Assembly (NCBI RefSeq): GCF_037042905.1 | Contig: NC_087263.1 | Location: forward strand, 8,372,001-8,436,000 | Length of the DNA stretch: 64,000 nucleotides | Direction of reading: 5' to 3' | Source of the DNA: Lytechinus pictus | Taxonomy: Eukaryota | In this document: in pieces, positions 1 to 12,810 of the stretch | Position numbering within the stretch: position 1 is the stretch's first letter | Layout of the letters: each line of letters opens with the position of its first letter | Position numbers and translations under genes: made by a program | Notes under the pieces: model-generated | Told to the model about the DNA's origin: nothing | Database searches by the model: none | Seen by the model: only the letters and a program-made list of their open reading frames with translations

Positions 1-109
1 TCTAGTCAGTGATGTTAACCGACTAATTAGTTCTGAGCCAATCAGATACAAGGATATCAGTAGCTTATGACAGTTAGCACTAAATAATTCCTTCATGGAA
101 ATGCTCCCC
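1..109. mobile_element. Partial short MITE (right end), same family as 30721-30856
   Basis: Ends in CTTCATGGAAATGCTCCCC; internal TTCTGAGCCAATCAGATACAAG resembles TCTTAGCCAATCAACATCAAG at ~30780. Confidence 0.5.
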
Positions 110-626
110 ATATTTAGTTTGAAGGCATTTGAAGATTAAAGAAAAACGTTGACATTTCCATTATAAGACAAACTTAGACGACACTTTCGTTAATCTTTTT
201 AATGTTGATGTTAGCCTATTTCTGTAATCAAATACCCATTCCTGCCACTTACTTTCTTTTGTTGCATATAGTTTTAACACAATTATAATGCCACACCAAT
301 ATTCTAGATTTGTTCATATATACATATATAATATAATATATATATATATACATAACATATGAACGATTCAAGAATCTTATCTCTTTTATGAATAACATTT
401 ATCCTAAGCTTCTGTTTTACTCGTTGTTATTTTTTTGTACACTTGTATGTGTCAAATTTCGGGGGTTTTCGGCGTACATTAGACTATATTAGCTAAAATG
501 TGTTTTTATTATTCAAATAGACTTTGGCCTTTGTTACGATATGCGATATCAGTATCGATGTCTACACCACTGAATAAAAAATATCAACTTGCTACCATGG
601 CCGCCTTACCTGCGTGAATAAACCAC

Positions 627-788
627 CTGGGGCCCGTTTCATAAAGGACTTCCAACTGTTGTAACTTTGCCTTTTTGGAAACTACTATGGAAACCTTGAT
701 TATGAATGGCTGCTGAGCCCTGTTACCATGGTAGTTGCTATTATGGTAAAGTTACAACAGTTACAAGTCATTTATGAAACGGCCCCTG
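627..788. mobile_element. Short palindromic MITE
   Basis: TIRs GGGGCCCGTTTCATAAAG ... TTTATGAAACGGCCCC with further internal inverted symmetry (ACTGTTGTAACTTT / AAAGTTACAACAGT). Confidence 0.7.
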
Positions 789-1554
789 CTATGTATACGT
801 TACTTTATAACAAGTGTCCAAGCCTCTTCTGTTCGTGCGATCGTTTGCGATCACTTGGTCGCAATATAATTATGTTGCACAGAATCGCAACGGTTGTAAT
901 GTGTCGCACCACCAATGTGACAGGGGCTTAACTCACACAGTAAAGCCGAATATAAATGGAATTTCGTATGCATAACATGGACTGCCAATCGTTGCTGTGT
1001 GCGGAGAGCGATCGTAACAAATAACCTGAATAAGACTTTTTTTTTTACTGTGTTCAAAAAGAGATGTGCATTAGAAGATCAACATTCACTAAAAGTCGAT
1101 GAAACCTAAATAACTCCAATTTCTGGAAGTGTGAAAAATGAATATTTTCTTAATATTAATTGTAAAATCTGGTGTGTGAGAAATGAGTGGGAGTGAGCAG
1201 CATCTTCGCTTCATGAAACACTTAACCATGTTAACTAATGACATTCACATACATGTAGGGGTGTGAGTGCGTTACATGTATCCTCACCAGACACCAGTTG
1301 ACCTGTGACTGTACATAAGGAGCGTTCACACGTGGATATATATAACCTAAATACATGTATCTCCGCCATAATACGTATATAAAGATGAATAATACCACGA
1401 ATACGAACAGCGAATATTCATGAGTAGTGGAAAACATCCAGAAAATGAACTAGGAGGCGACAGACCTACACAAAGAGTTCAAGCTTTTCAGACAAAGAAT
1501 GGAGCCCATTCTAGCAGACCAAGAAAAATGGCTATAAACATCAAAGTTGCCGTA

Positions 1555-1934
1555 TACATTCGTAATTCCGAAACTTCGTTATTCCGGAGGTTCGGATATT
1601 CCGAAGGTTCGTTGACCCGAGAGCGAAATAAGGTTCGTTGTTCCGAAGGTTCGTTTATCCGAAAACGAAATGAGATTCGTTGTTCATTTCGTTTTCGGAC
1701 AAACGAACCTTCGGAATTACGAGCCTCATTTCGTTTTCGGATGAACGAACCTTCGGAATTACGACTCTCATTTCGTTTTCGGATGAACGAACCTTCGGAA
1801 TTACGCCACAAATGTTCGGATTAACGAACCCTTTTTCGTTTTCGGATTAACGAACATCTAGGTAAAGGCAATCTACGTGTTTCGGAATTACGAACTTTCG
1901 GAATAAAGAACCTTCGGAATTACGAAGTGTAACC
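1555..1934. repeat. Minisatellite-filled inverted-repeat element (CCGAAGGTTCG / CGAACCTTCGGAATTACG units)
   Basis: Termini TACATTCGTAATTCCGAA and TTCGGAATTACGAAGTGTA are inverted; internal units switch orientation near 1680; ~39-bp tandem units 1686-1805. Confidence 0.7.
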
Positions 1935-4077
1935 AAAATTGCTGTAGGCAATGAAGGCTTTCGCAGGTTGTAGGGACAAAATTAGTCGCATCTATTATTC
2001 CAATGTCTTGTCACTTCGAACTTTGTATCCCTGATGAAGACGTTCGGTTTGCGTCGAAAATTTGAGAATACTTGGAAATAAACTTTCTTTTTGTTGGAAC
2101 TACAATGCATTACCTCTGTGTCTCTTTTATCGCATCTGCGTCCAATAAACGGAATATATATACAACAACAAAAAAAGACAAAAAAAATAAAAAAATAGCC
2201 AGAAGCCATATACTCAAGATGGCTTCCAAATGGCCACCAAATATAGTCATGATAGTATTTCCTTTTACATTATTACGTATACATTATTGCAACAAAAAAA
2301 TCAGTGGTGAAATCCGGTCCGAGCAGTCGGTGATAACATGCAATAAGTCAATAGTGATAATTACAATAAATATATTGAACTGAAAATTACAAATTTCGGG
2401 GGCACCCATACATCAAGGTAGTAAATGAATATGTCCAAAGTATCATGATTTATCACATTTGGTGGCGACAGTAAAGGCCTATATAAGGATTTTTTTCGAA
2501 GGCTGTTTTAACAGTTTCAATAGTGACCTAATTAAATTACTGTTGCGCTGACCACGCAAGCAAAGTGAGCTAGCAAATTTTCAGTGGTCGGAAGACTGAA
2601 CGGTGTCCATAATGTTAGCCTATACAGGTTTAGTTTTTGAAATGCCATAACTTTCAATGTATAGTATGTATATAGGACATCAAGTATTACTGATCGTCTT
2701 CCACGAATTTTAGGTCATGATCAAGGTCAAAAGTCATTTAGGTTCGATGAAGTTTTTTTTTTATTATCATATGATTGGTGTTATTTGTGAATACTTATTC
2801 ATCTATTCAAAGACAGCATTTCGGGCCCCTTATATTGAATAGCGTAATGCGGACAAGACTGCCAGAGGCGGTCCACTTGTTTTCTTGGTCGTGACTTTCT
2901 GAGGGGTCTATGCCCACACCCCCCCCCCCTATATCATCAGTAGGCCTTATGTCATTGTGAATTTCCCTTGAAATATAGGGTACGCCGTTGTACTAAACTA
3001 CCCCCCCCCCCCTGGTGCCGGTTGCAAAGGAAACTAGAAACATAACTGAAGGCGATTAATGTCAGGTTCCAAAACCAGTATCTATGGTAACGGTTACCGC
3101 ATGAATTTTGGAAATGGGTGTTTCTTAATTGGGTACCATTCTATCGACCTGTTTTTAAGGAGAAGTTCGCCCTGACGAAAAGTTGTTGTAAAAATAGCAG
3201 AAAAAATATATTGGTGAAGATTACGAAGGTTAATAAGTCAAGACGTCCAAGAATACCTTATTTTGAATTCCCAAAGGAGTGCTCACATCAACGGCGTCAG
3301 AATCAAAAATCTGTGTCATGTCCTCACTAATAACGTCCGTCTTGTGCTTTACGAAGCCTTTTCCTTAGTATAGTATAGTATAGTATAGTATTTATTTTCC
3401 GTATAAAAACACAAAAAAAGCAAAACGGATGGATAGCCCATTATCAGTTTAGTCGACATGACTATACTGTTCTTCCATGGGGTCCATATACAATACAAAG
3501 TAAAAAGTAAACACATATGAAAGAAGCATAACATATACGGTAAATCAAACAAAATAACAAAAATGACATGATATATGTTGTTACTAATAAGAAAAGATCA
3601 TAAAATTAAATAGTTTGGCAAGAATTTACACTAAATATTTTTAAAATGAGAGAATTGAATGAATTAGGCTGCTATCACGTTATTGAAAAAGGTTTCACAA
3701 GGAGCAAGGAATAATAAAATGAATAATATGAATATAGATTGTATAAAAATGATTATGTAATCATTGTGAACTGATTCTGGTTAACGCATACAATTTTAAG
3801 AGGGCAACAGTAAGAGCGTAAAAATATTGAATGGAATTTAGGATAAAAGTACAGATTGCATTGAGACAACATCGGAATAAATATATAAAAACATGTATAT
3901 GCACTAATTTGATTCATATGACCAGTAAGAAATAAAAGACCGAAAAGGAGAATGCGCTTTGTGGAACTATTTAGTGGAATAAGCTTAAAGTCAGTTAGTA
4001 ATTTAAAGTTTGTTCAAAGAACAATGGGGAAATGGGAAGAAAAAAAGGAAAAGGGGGAAAAAAATACAGTATTGACT

Positions 4078-7000
4078 TTATGACAAGGTAAGCAGGTCAC
4101 CGAAGTAAGATGACAATTTGGTTTTGAAATTGTTTATGGTAGGAGACAATTTTAAGTCCAAAGGTAGGGCATTATATACCTTGGCACCTCTATATTTAAA
4201 GGATTTCTTAAGGAATTCTGTCCGTGGTTTAGGTAAAAGTAGTTTTTCGCCATAACGAGAAGAGTAATATTGAGGTGCGACCGTGAATTCATTACGTAAA
4301 TACTGTGGAGTTAGTTCGTGCATTACCTTGTACATAAAAACAATACAATGCTGATTTCTCCTTTTGTTAAGAAATTGCCAGCCCAGAGAATTATGCAACT
4401 CAGCGACAGATATGTGTGACTCTGGTTTTACTCTTAATATGATACGAGCTGCTCTGTTCTGTACCTTTTGGAGTTGTTCGATATATTTATTACATGCTGA
4501 GCTGTATATTACATCGCCATAATCAAAATATGGGAGTATAAGAGACTTATAAATCGAGTTTACAACTGATTCATTCAACGAGCGTCTTAATCGTCCTAGA
4601 AAACCAACCATCTTACTTACTTTCTGGACTAGTTTTTCGATATGTTTATTCCAGGTCAAAGTTTCATCACAGATCAGTCCTAAGTACTTAAATTCACGCA
4701 CTTGGTTTATACGGGAATTATTTAATGTTACATTCAAGACATTGCATTTAGCAAGCATATGTTTACTTCCGATTAGGATGCATTCTGTTTTATTACAATT
4801 GACACTCAGTTTATTATTATTCATCCACTTATGAACATTCTCCAGGTCGGAGTTAAGAGCTGACTCTACGTTTTGGATAGATGGGTGAGAAAAGTAAAGA
4901 ACCGTGTCATCGGCGTACAATTGAACCTGACATGATTTCACACAGTCCATTAAATCATTTATGTACATGATGAAAAATAGTGGTCCTAGCAGTGAACCTT
5001 GCGGAAATCCGCAGGTAATGTTAGATTCTGCAGAAAGCTCAGAGTTGACAAGCGTCCTACAAATTCTGTCGGTCAAGTAACTTTCCATCCATAGCAATGG
5101 AGTACCCTTTATCCCGATATTAGTAAGCTTCGTTAGAAGAATCCCCCAGTCTACGGTGTCGAAAGCCTTTTTGAGATCGACGAACACCGCACCGGTATAC
5201 TCTTTCTTATCAATTGCATGGTACCAGTCATCAGTTACTTTGATCAATGTTGTGATCGTTGAATGTCTTGCCCGGAAACCGGATTGTGCCGGCGAGAGAA
5301 TATTGTGAATATGTAGGTACGAGAGGACCTGCCTCTGAACTATACGTTCTAAAATTTTTGACACACAAGGAAGGAGGGAGATGGGTCTAAAATTTGATGG
5401 AATGGTTTTATCTCCACTTTTATGAATTGGGATAATTTTTGCAATCTTCCATTGCTTGGGGAATTTGCCCGTTTTCAACGAGAAGTTTATCAAATAGGTG
5501 ATGCTGGGTGTTATTTCGTAAGCACTTAATTTCAAAACGAATACAGAAATGCCATCCAGTCCCACTGATTTCGTGTTTCTTAAATTTCGTGATATCTAGT
5601 ACATCAGATTCTTTTACAGGGTAAAAGCCAAATGAGCCCTTTACAGTACTTGTGTTATCCTGCAGGTCTTGGGGAATGTTTGGTAATTTATTAGCAAGAT
5701 CGCTTCCAACGCTAGAAAAAAAATTATTAAAATTGTTTGCAGCTTTTGAAGCATTATCAGAACCGAGAGTGACCCTTGAATCACATTTCTTATTCGGTAT
5801 AATTGATTTCAAAGTTTTCCAGGTATTTTTGGAATTGTTACATTCCGACAGTTTATTCGAGTAGTATTTCTTTTTTGCTTTTGCAATTTCGAAAGTTACT
5901 TTATTACGCAATTTTCTATATTCGCGCATAAGATTATCATCACTAAGTTTACAAGCTTTCTTTTTTATTTTGTCACGTTGTTTCATGAGTTTGTAGATAT
6001 ATGATTTCATCCAGGGTGACTCTCTATCTCTAATTCTCCTACAACGTATGGGCATGTGCTTGTCTATTACATTTAATACTAGGTTCTGCCATATGTTTAC
6101 AGCTTCGTCTATTGTCTTACATTCACTGAGTTTTGACCATTCTTGGGCACGGATGTCGTCCTTGAACAATTCTGGATTAAGATCTTTACAATTTCTATAT
6201 AATACTAATCTGGGGGATGTTTTTCCTCCAGAATTCCATACTAAGAAACTAATAGAATGATCGCTCATTCCGTTGAGTAGAACACCGTAATTTTTTATCT
6301 TATCAGGGCAGTTAGTAATCATGTGATCAACTAAAGTAGCAGAAACATGAGTTACTCTGGTTGGTATTGTTTTGTTTACTTGAAATAAGCCATACCTATC
6401 ATTGATTTCTTTATATTGTTTACTCATACTTGATAACGTTCGTGACAGTAAATCACAATTTATGTCACCGACTAAAATTACGTCAAGACTTAGCCCGTCT
6501 ATGTATTTTGTAAAATGCTCATAGAGATTTAGTACATCAATGTTTGACGATGGTGGTCTATACCAGGTTGAGAAAACAGTTGGTTTTGAATGTTTTAAAT
6601 AAAGTTTGACAGAGACAATTTCTAATTCATTCATAGAGTCATGACTTAGTTCTTCATAGTGAAGTGATGCGTGAATGTAGATCGCCACTCCACCCCCGTG
6701 TCGATTTCTGTCCCTCCGTACAAGGGAGAAATTATCAATCTTAATTTCGTCATAAAAAATTGAATTGTCAACTTTGGTCTCATTTAAAGCGAGCAAATGA
6801 ATATTATTACATTTAACGAATGACCTCACCTCATCAATGTGCTTAAGGATACTATTAACATTCAGCTGGGCAATTTTAAGGCCCTGATTTCCCTTCAATT
6901 CATTGTACATAAGATTATTTTGAAAATTGGATTGTACATGACTTGACTGATCTTTAAGTCGTGGCTCTCCTTCATCTTCAACCAAAATGTTATGAAACGG

Positions 7001-7201
7001 CATTTGCTTGAAAATGCAAATGTTGCATTGCCAATTTACAAAACATTCTGACATGTTATCATATTTATTACGTGACACTCCTGCGCAAATTATATGCAGC
7101 CATTGGTTACACATGGTACATTTTAGTCCTTTCTGATTTTTCTTAACAGGTTTTTTGCAAGAAGCACATGGGTATTTACAAGTATATGTCATGTTAGCCA
7201 T
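4078..7201 (-). pseudogene. LINE ORF2: N-terminal PHD finger + AP endonuclease + reverse transcriptase, one frameshift near 5590
   Basis: C4HC3 finger (CASC...CTMCNQWLHIIC...WQCNIC); APE motifs LNVNS, LNET, GDIN, DH, SDH; RT motifs FRPISLL, DLKKAFDTV, PQGSLLGP, YADD; frame changes at 'VLDI/RNLRNTKSVGLDGIS'. Confidence 0.93.
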
Positions 7202-7823
7202 AATAAACAAAAATACAATATACAAACAATTCGATAAGTGAAGAACGAATTTCAATATTATATGTATTTGTGTATATCAAATACAAATAGTCTATAAAAA
7301 GAACATGAGAAAAAAAAATGAGACGAGAAAAAAAATATTTAGGGGAAAAAGAGACAAACGTAAAAATTAGCAACAACAGCAACAAATAATAATAATAATA
7401 ACACTAACAATAATAATGATAATAGTGAGTTATCTAAGTTCTAAGGTAGCAGACCGGGTCATGTAGAGTTCAAAATGGTTGATGTTCACACTCAGAAACG
7501 CAGAGGTTAACCAGGATTTGTTTAGTGTCGAATCAGTGAACTGCTTACTGTTGTGAGCTAGGATGATAGCTAAAACAAAATTGAATTGCAAGTTAATCCA
7601 ACGAGACCACCGTCCAAACTCAGTCAAGTCCGATGGATTATACATTTTCCGATTAGGAACGGTAGATGGCGCTAGAGTTCCTATATTGTTCTGATGATGG
7701 ACAGTAGATGGAGCTAAAGTTCCTTCATACATGTCATACATGACATCTATCTACGATGTGCTCGAAGGATTAAGACGTGTTTTGTTAGGCCTCTCTCATC
7801 CTCATTACATAATACACATAAGC

Positions 7824-8816
7824 ATGGCTCACTATACGAGTAAGGGAGGGAAGACAAGCTCAGCGAAACGTGCAAGGTCGGGCACGCCGCCAAGCCCGGA
7901 GACAAACTTGTTGCCATCGATTCGGATACTCCTTGACAGTCAATGGGAAAAAAATGATGTGAGATTGAATACGTTGCAAGAGACTTTTGGCCAACGTTTG
8001 AAGAAACTTGAGGAAACGATAATCAATCTCAAGGAGAGTATCGAATTTCAGAGTCACGAAGCTCAGGATATGAAGGCAAAGATGGAAGTAATTGAAGAGG
8101 ACGTTAAGTCAAAGGAAAAAATGCTCCAGGATGAGATAGATAAGCTTAGTACCTACGTGGCAAGAGAAAATCTAATATACAGCGGGATTGAAGAGAAGCC
8201 CAATGAGGATGTTAAGAAAGTTCTTCGGGACCTCCACGTGAATTTTCTTAAAATCCCACCTGCACTGGCAGACAACTTCGAATATCAACGGTTACATCGA
8301 CTTTCAGGAAAGCCAGCCGGAGGGAGGCCAAGAGCCATTAAGGCTCGCTTCCTAAGATACTCCGACAGAGTTTTGGTACAAAGGCATGCCAAAAATTTGA
8401 AAGGGACCAACATATATATTGCAGAAGATCTACCGAAGAGGATTAGGGAGGCTAGACACCCCCAAATTGTGGCGTTGAAAGTCGCCAGAAGAATGGGGAA
8501 ATTGGCATACTTTTCAAGAACAGATCCAGTCAAGCTATTTATCGACAACGTACATATGCCTCGAAATCAACAGGAAGCTTTTGTGCGAGACTTCGAAAAC
8601 CAACGAGGGAAAGATGTAGACGAAAGAGTGAGGAAGAATTTGCCTAACATGAGGATTCCGACAACGATGGCGGGAGCTGCATCGACCACCAACATGACCA
8701 CAGGGATAGCAAAGCCGACAACAGATTTCAACGAGGGGGCTGCAGCGGCTGCCACTGATGGGGAGATGATGGAAGGTGCAAATGTAGCTGCAGATCATAA
8801 TTTGATGGTATTGTGA
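7824..8816 (+). CDS. L1-type ORF1p (coiled coil + RRM + C-terminal domain, Transposase_22-like)
   Basis: Open frame from MAHYTSKGG; heptad-rich segment, then RENLIYSGIEE...HRL...PRAIKARF...IYIAEDLP motifs typical of LINE ORF1. Confidence 0.85.
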   Translation: MAHYTSKGGKTSSAKRARSGTPPSPETNLLPSIRILLDSQWEKNDVRLNTLQETFGQRLKKLEETIINLKESIEFQSHEAQDMKAKMEVIEEDVKSKEKMLQDEIDKLSTYVARENLIYSGIEEKPNEDVKKVLRDLHVNFLKIPPALADNFEYQRLHRLSGKPAGGRPRAIKARFLRYSDRVLVQRHAKNLKGTNIYIAEDLPKRIREARHPQIVALKVARRMGKLAYFSRTDPVKLFIDNVHMPRNQQEAFVRDFENQRGKDVDERVRKNLPNMRIPTTMAGAASTTNMTTGIAKPTTDFNEGAAAAATDGEMMEGANVAADHNLMVL

Positions 8817-10160
8817 TTTCATCTGTCATCTTGTTTTGTTTGTAATGCATAGATTGAAGGAAATTTGCTTTGGAGAAAGTATCTGAAATTTGTCACAAGT
8901 TACCAGCGATCATGGAGGTGACATGTATTTATTTTGTGAAACTCGTTCCCTCTGGTCGGGTCGGGTTGTTCATTTCGTCGATTATTCAAGTGAAATAACG
9001 ATTCAGTGTGCTTTATTATTATGGAGGTGAATGATTTTCTCTCTCAACTGATTAATGTTTACCGAGTGGAGGATATGTATCTTTTACCATGTACGAGCCT
9101 GCGAGGTACCAACTCTACAATCAAGCTCAAAAAAGGGAGTGTAACTGAACACTCGAGAACTGCAGATTTTACTGTCAACTCATCACAAGAACGAGACTTG
9201 ACAAGCAACTGCTGAATGAGGAATGATAAATCATAACATAACTGAATGAACAGGAGTAGATGAGGTATATTTCCTTTCTTTTCTATTTGCTATTTATTTT
9301 GATAAAAGAAAAACTTTACAACTGGAAAATATCAATATCTTCAAAGATGCAAGAAATACGAAAAATTGATTATGATATTGCAAGAAATTGATTAGAGTAT
9401 CGAGTCATAACACACCTTGACTTGATGAATGGAAACAAGATTTCATAGTAACAACATGAGGCTTATGCTTTTCTCCTTTTTTTTTATTCATAAGGGAAAC
9501 AAAAATAAGCTAGATTTAAGCATAGAGCTATAGCTCCATGATTTAAGTTTATAAGAGATACTTGTTGCTGTGAATCCTTTTTCTGGAGTCAGTTATGATC
9601 AGTTCTGAAGATATTTTTTTTTGTGTGTGGTCATTTTGTAAAAAAAAGCTCAATGGAATACATCCCAATGGGGTGTATATTTAAGCTGGTTTGGGGAAAA
9701 GTTGATTCTTCATAAAACTGCTGTTCAAATTGTAGTTGAAATTATAATAGCTTCATGATATTGGGGAATATTTCATTATGTTCTTTTTGGTTTCTACAAT
9801 ACGAAGGAAGATTGAGATGTTTGGGAATTCAAAGCTTTTGTAAGGGTAAAAGGACCATTTCTTTTCATGATTGATTGAAGGTAATGATGCTTAAAAGCTT
9901 ATTTGTATATGGAATGTTTTAAGAGAAAGAATGCATTTCAACGAATTAGTAAAGATAGATAACAATGCAGGCATAAATCACTGTAATGTTCAGAATGGGT
10001 ACCCTGATTGTATTACGTAACTGAATCATGCTATACAGTTCGTTAAGATAAGAAAAGAAAATGGCTTTGCCAAATACATTTGATGTAGACGCTGGAACGT
10101 GTGAGGTGTTGAGTAATTCAAAAATAGGAGAATGAAACAATTAAGTCGAATTCGTAAAAT

Positions 10161-12810
10161 GTAGAACCCTGGTTCAGGCGAGGTAATTTGCTATCCACTA
10201 GCTATGACGTGACTGTTTTTCATCAACTTACATTGGTCCGCGGAGGCTGGTGGCGAGAGTTCATTATTTTTAATTGACCTCGTCTCTGGGTTTCTCGGGA
10301 CAATCGGAGCTGACTGGGCGTGGTATTTGAGTGGTCAACTGAATGATTTGGATAATGAATGGGTAATTATCAATTCCTTTTATCATCAATGACGCGGTAC
10401 GCTTTCTCTCTCTGATTGGCCCGGGAAGGCTGGAAGGCGAGAGTCAGATATAGCTGGTTGGGGTGGATGTTTGGTCCGACGGCTAGGGAACGAGCTGTAC
10501 TTTTTAAACAGGGCTCGTCACTAGCTGGTCTCTAGTAATCTTCATGAGCATGATGAGGTTCGCAAACGGCAAAAATTATAATTAACTTTTGTAACTGATG
10601 TTCTTCCCAAAAGGGATATAAGGAAATTTACTCCTTTTTATAAATTGACAGTAAAGTATCTTTAATGTAGGTACCGATAGATTGCATAAAGATTTTGAGA
10701 TCTTAGGATTTACATGTACATGACGAGGAATAAAGCCATAATTATAAAGGTATGCTTGATTTTAGACATTATGGAAGACTGGCATAGAATAAAAAAAATG
10801 CCAATGGTTAAGATAAAACAGCTATTATTCAATTCAAAAGGAAAACAGCTATTATTCAATTCTGTCGAATACTTGAAATGTTGTAGTACCCTGGTTTAGG
10901 CGAGGTAATTATGACGTGCATTTTTTTTCTCAGTTATGATTGGTCCGCGGAGGCTGGTGGCGAGAGTTCATGTTTATTGACCTCGTCTCTGGTTTCTCGG
11001 GACAATCGGGGCTGACTGGGCATCATTCGCACTTTAGTCAACTGAATGATTTGGATAATGTACCCGGTTATTTCATCAATCAATGACGCGGTGCGTCTGC
11101 CTGGCTCTGATTGGCCCGGGAGGCCGGAAGGCGAGAGTATATCTTTTTGAGACCTGTCACCAGCTTCTTGTTGGTCAGCAGATGGATTTAGCTGGTCGTC
11201 TGTGATCTGGGCGGGGGCTGCGTTTGTGTCTTTGTTGCTGTGCTGGTCGCGGGCGATGCGTCTGATCTGGCGGGGCTACGCATTGTGGCTGGCTACGCAG
11301 GCACAGTGCGTGGCCTTAGCTGGGTCGGTCGCGTCGCTTGCGTTCGGCGTAGCGGCGGGGACGGTTGCTGCGGCCTCCGCCTGGATTATAGGCTAGTCAG
11401 CACGGGGTTGGTGAATGGGCTGACGGCTATATATGGAACGATCTTTCTTTTTTTTTTTTTTAAATAAATAATATGTATATTTAATAGGGCTCGTCACTAG
11501 CTGGTCTTCGGCCATCCACATGAGCAGGGCGAGGTTCGCCAACTGACAGAAATGATATTTATATCGTGTATTAACTGATGCTCCTTCCCTCTTTTCACGT
11601 GAAAGATGGATCAGGAAATTTCCTTGTTTTTTATGTATATATAAATGAATTGATAATACAGTAAGTTTGAATATATAAGTAGATTGCATAAAGATTTTGA
11701 GACTTAAGGAACTATTTTTTTGAAGAGGAAGAAATCCACAAAGATATTGTGCTTGAGTTTACAAATTTCGGAAGAATGTTTTTTTTTTCTCACACAATAG
11801 CTGGTTTTTGTACTCTAGGTGCTATTGAATAAAAAAAAACTTTCAGAAAGGCTGGCATATTTATAATGCCATTTGTTAGGATGCAAGAAGGGAAGTTGCT
11901 AGTTAGCGAAATAATAGTAGAAATATATCAGTTTTGTCGAACAAGTACAATGTGGTAGAGTCCTGGTTTAGGTGAGGTTGTTTATGACGTGACTGTTCCG
12001 CGAAGGTTGGTGACGAGAGTTTGTTTTTTTGTTTAGTAACCCGAGTTGTCTCTGGTTTCTCGGAACCATCGGAGCTGACAGGGCGTGGTTTTTTGCAATT
12101 ATGAACTGAATACTAGTATGAATATCTTAAATTCATGGCGTGTCACGTCCTCTCGGCTCTGATTGGCCCGGGAGGCTGGAAGGCGAACGTATATCTTTGA
12201 GACCTCGTCACCACCTTCCTGTGTATGTGGTCATCCAGCTGGGCCCCATCTTGCAGGGAGTTGCGATTGATCTGCGGAAAATTTTTTACAGTGTCTTTTT
12301 ATAAATAGGGAGGGGCATGCTTGTTTGTCAAGACAATGATGACTGCGTGAATATACATATAACTATAGGGAAATTTTGGAACAAGCGTGCATCTGTAGAA
12401 TTTGGCGTTGCTGGCCTTCCATATTGTGGTTAGTCAGGTCTGTCGCGGTTCTTTGTAGGACGGGGCCCAAATGTAGTTTATCAATAAGGGGTGGATACGG
12501 CAAGGGAACGAATTGTACTTTGGAAGAGGTTTCGTCCCTAGCAGGTCTTCAGCCATCTTTAAGAGACCTGTTCGAAAGCAGATAAAATGTAGGCTAAATC
12601 TTGCAAAGGATGCATTTTCCCCCTTTTTTTTTTTTTTTTTTTTTTTTTTTCTCTCTCTTCCTTTTAAATCTTTTTTTTTTCGCATGAATGGGAATAATAA
12701 TTTTATTTGTATTTCTGTTCAAAAGAAAAGAAAAAAGAAAGGAAAGTAAAGTTTTTTTGTTTTTTTTTTAAGAAAACATTAAGATATTGCATAAAGATTT
12801 TGAGTTTTTA
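10161..12810 (+). repeat. Three diverged tandem units with conserved hairpins in the L1/Tx1 inter-ORF spacer
   Basis: Unit starts GTAG(A/T)ACCCTGGTT(C/T)AGGCGAGGT at ~10161, ~10884 and a variant at ~11955; unit ends ATTGCATAAAGATTTTGAG at ~10681, ~11684, ~12786. Confidence 0.85.

Noticed and set aside
1420..1824. 134-aa and 107-aa repetitive ORFs
   Set aside because: Products of the minisatellite inverted-repeat element
3355..3365. TSD for the CR1/L2 element (TTTCC near both ends)
   Set aside because: Too short and low-complexity, and the 5' boundary is uncertain
10233..10256. HDV-like ribozyme on the minus strand (CCAGCCTCCGCGGACC)
   Set aside because: The L3 loop lacks the canonical UCCUCG(C/U) and I could not build the nested double pseudoknot; G-U bias favours plus-strand hairpins
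10596..10627. Hammerhead in the L1 spacer (CTGATG...GGAAA, also at ~11575-11620)
   Set aside because: Core reads CTGATGT/CTGATGC rather than CUGANGA
11202..11467. Extra small ORFs in the L1 spacer
   Set aside because: Non-ATG starts, GC-rich low-stop sequence, not conserved in the other two units
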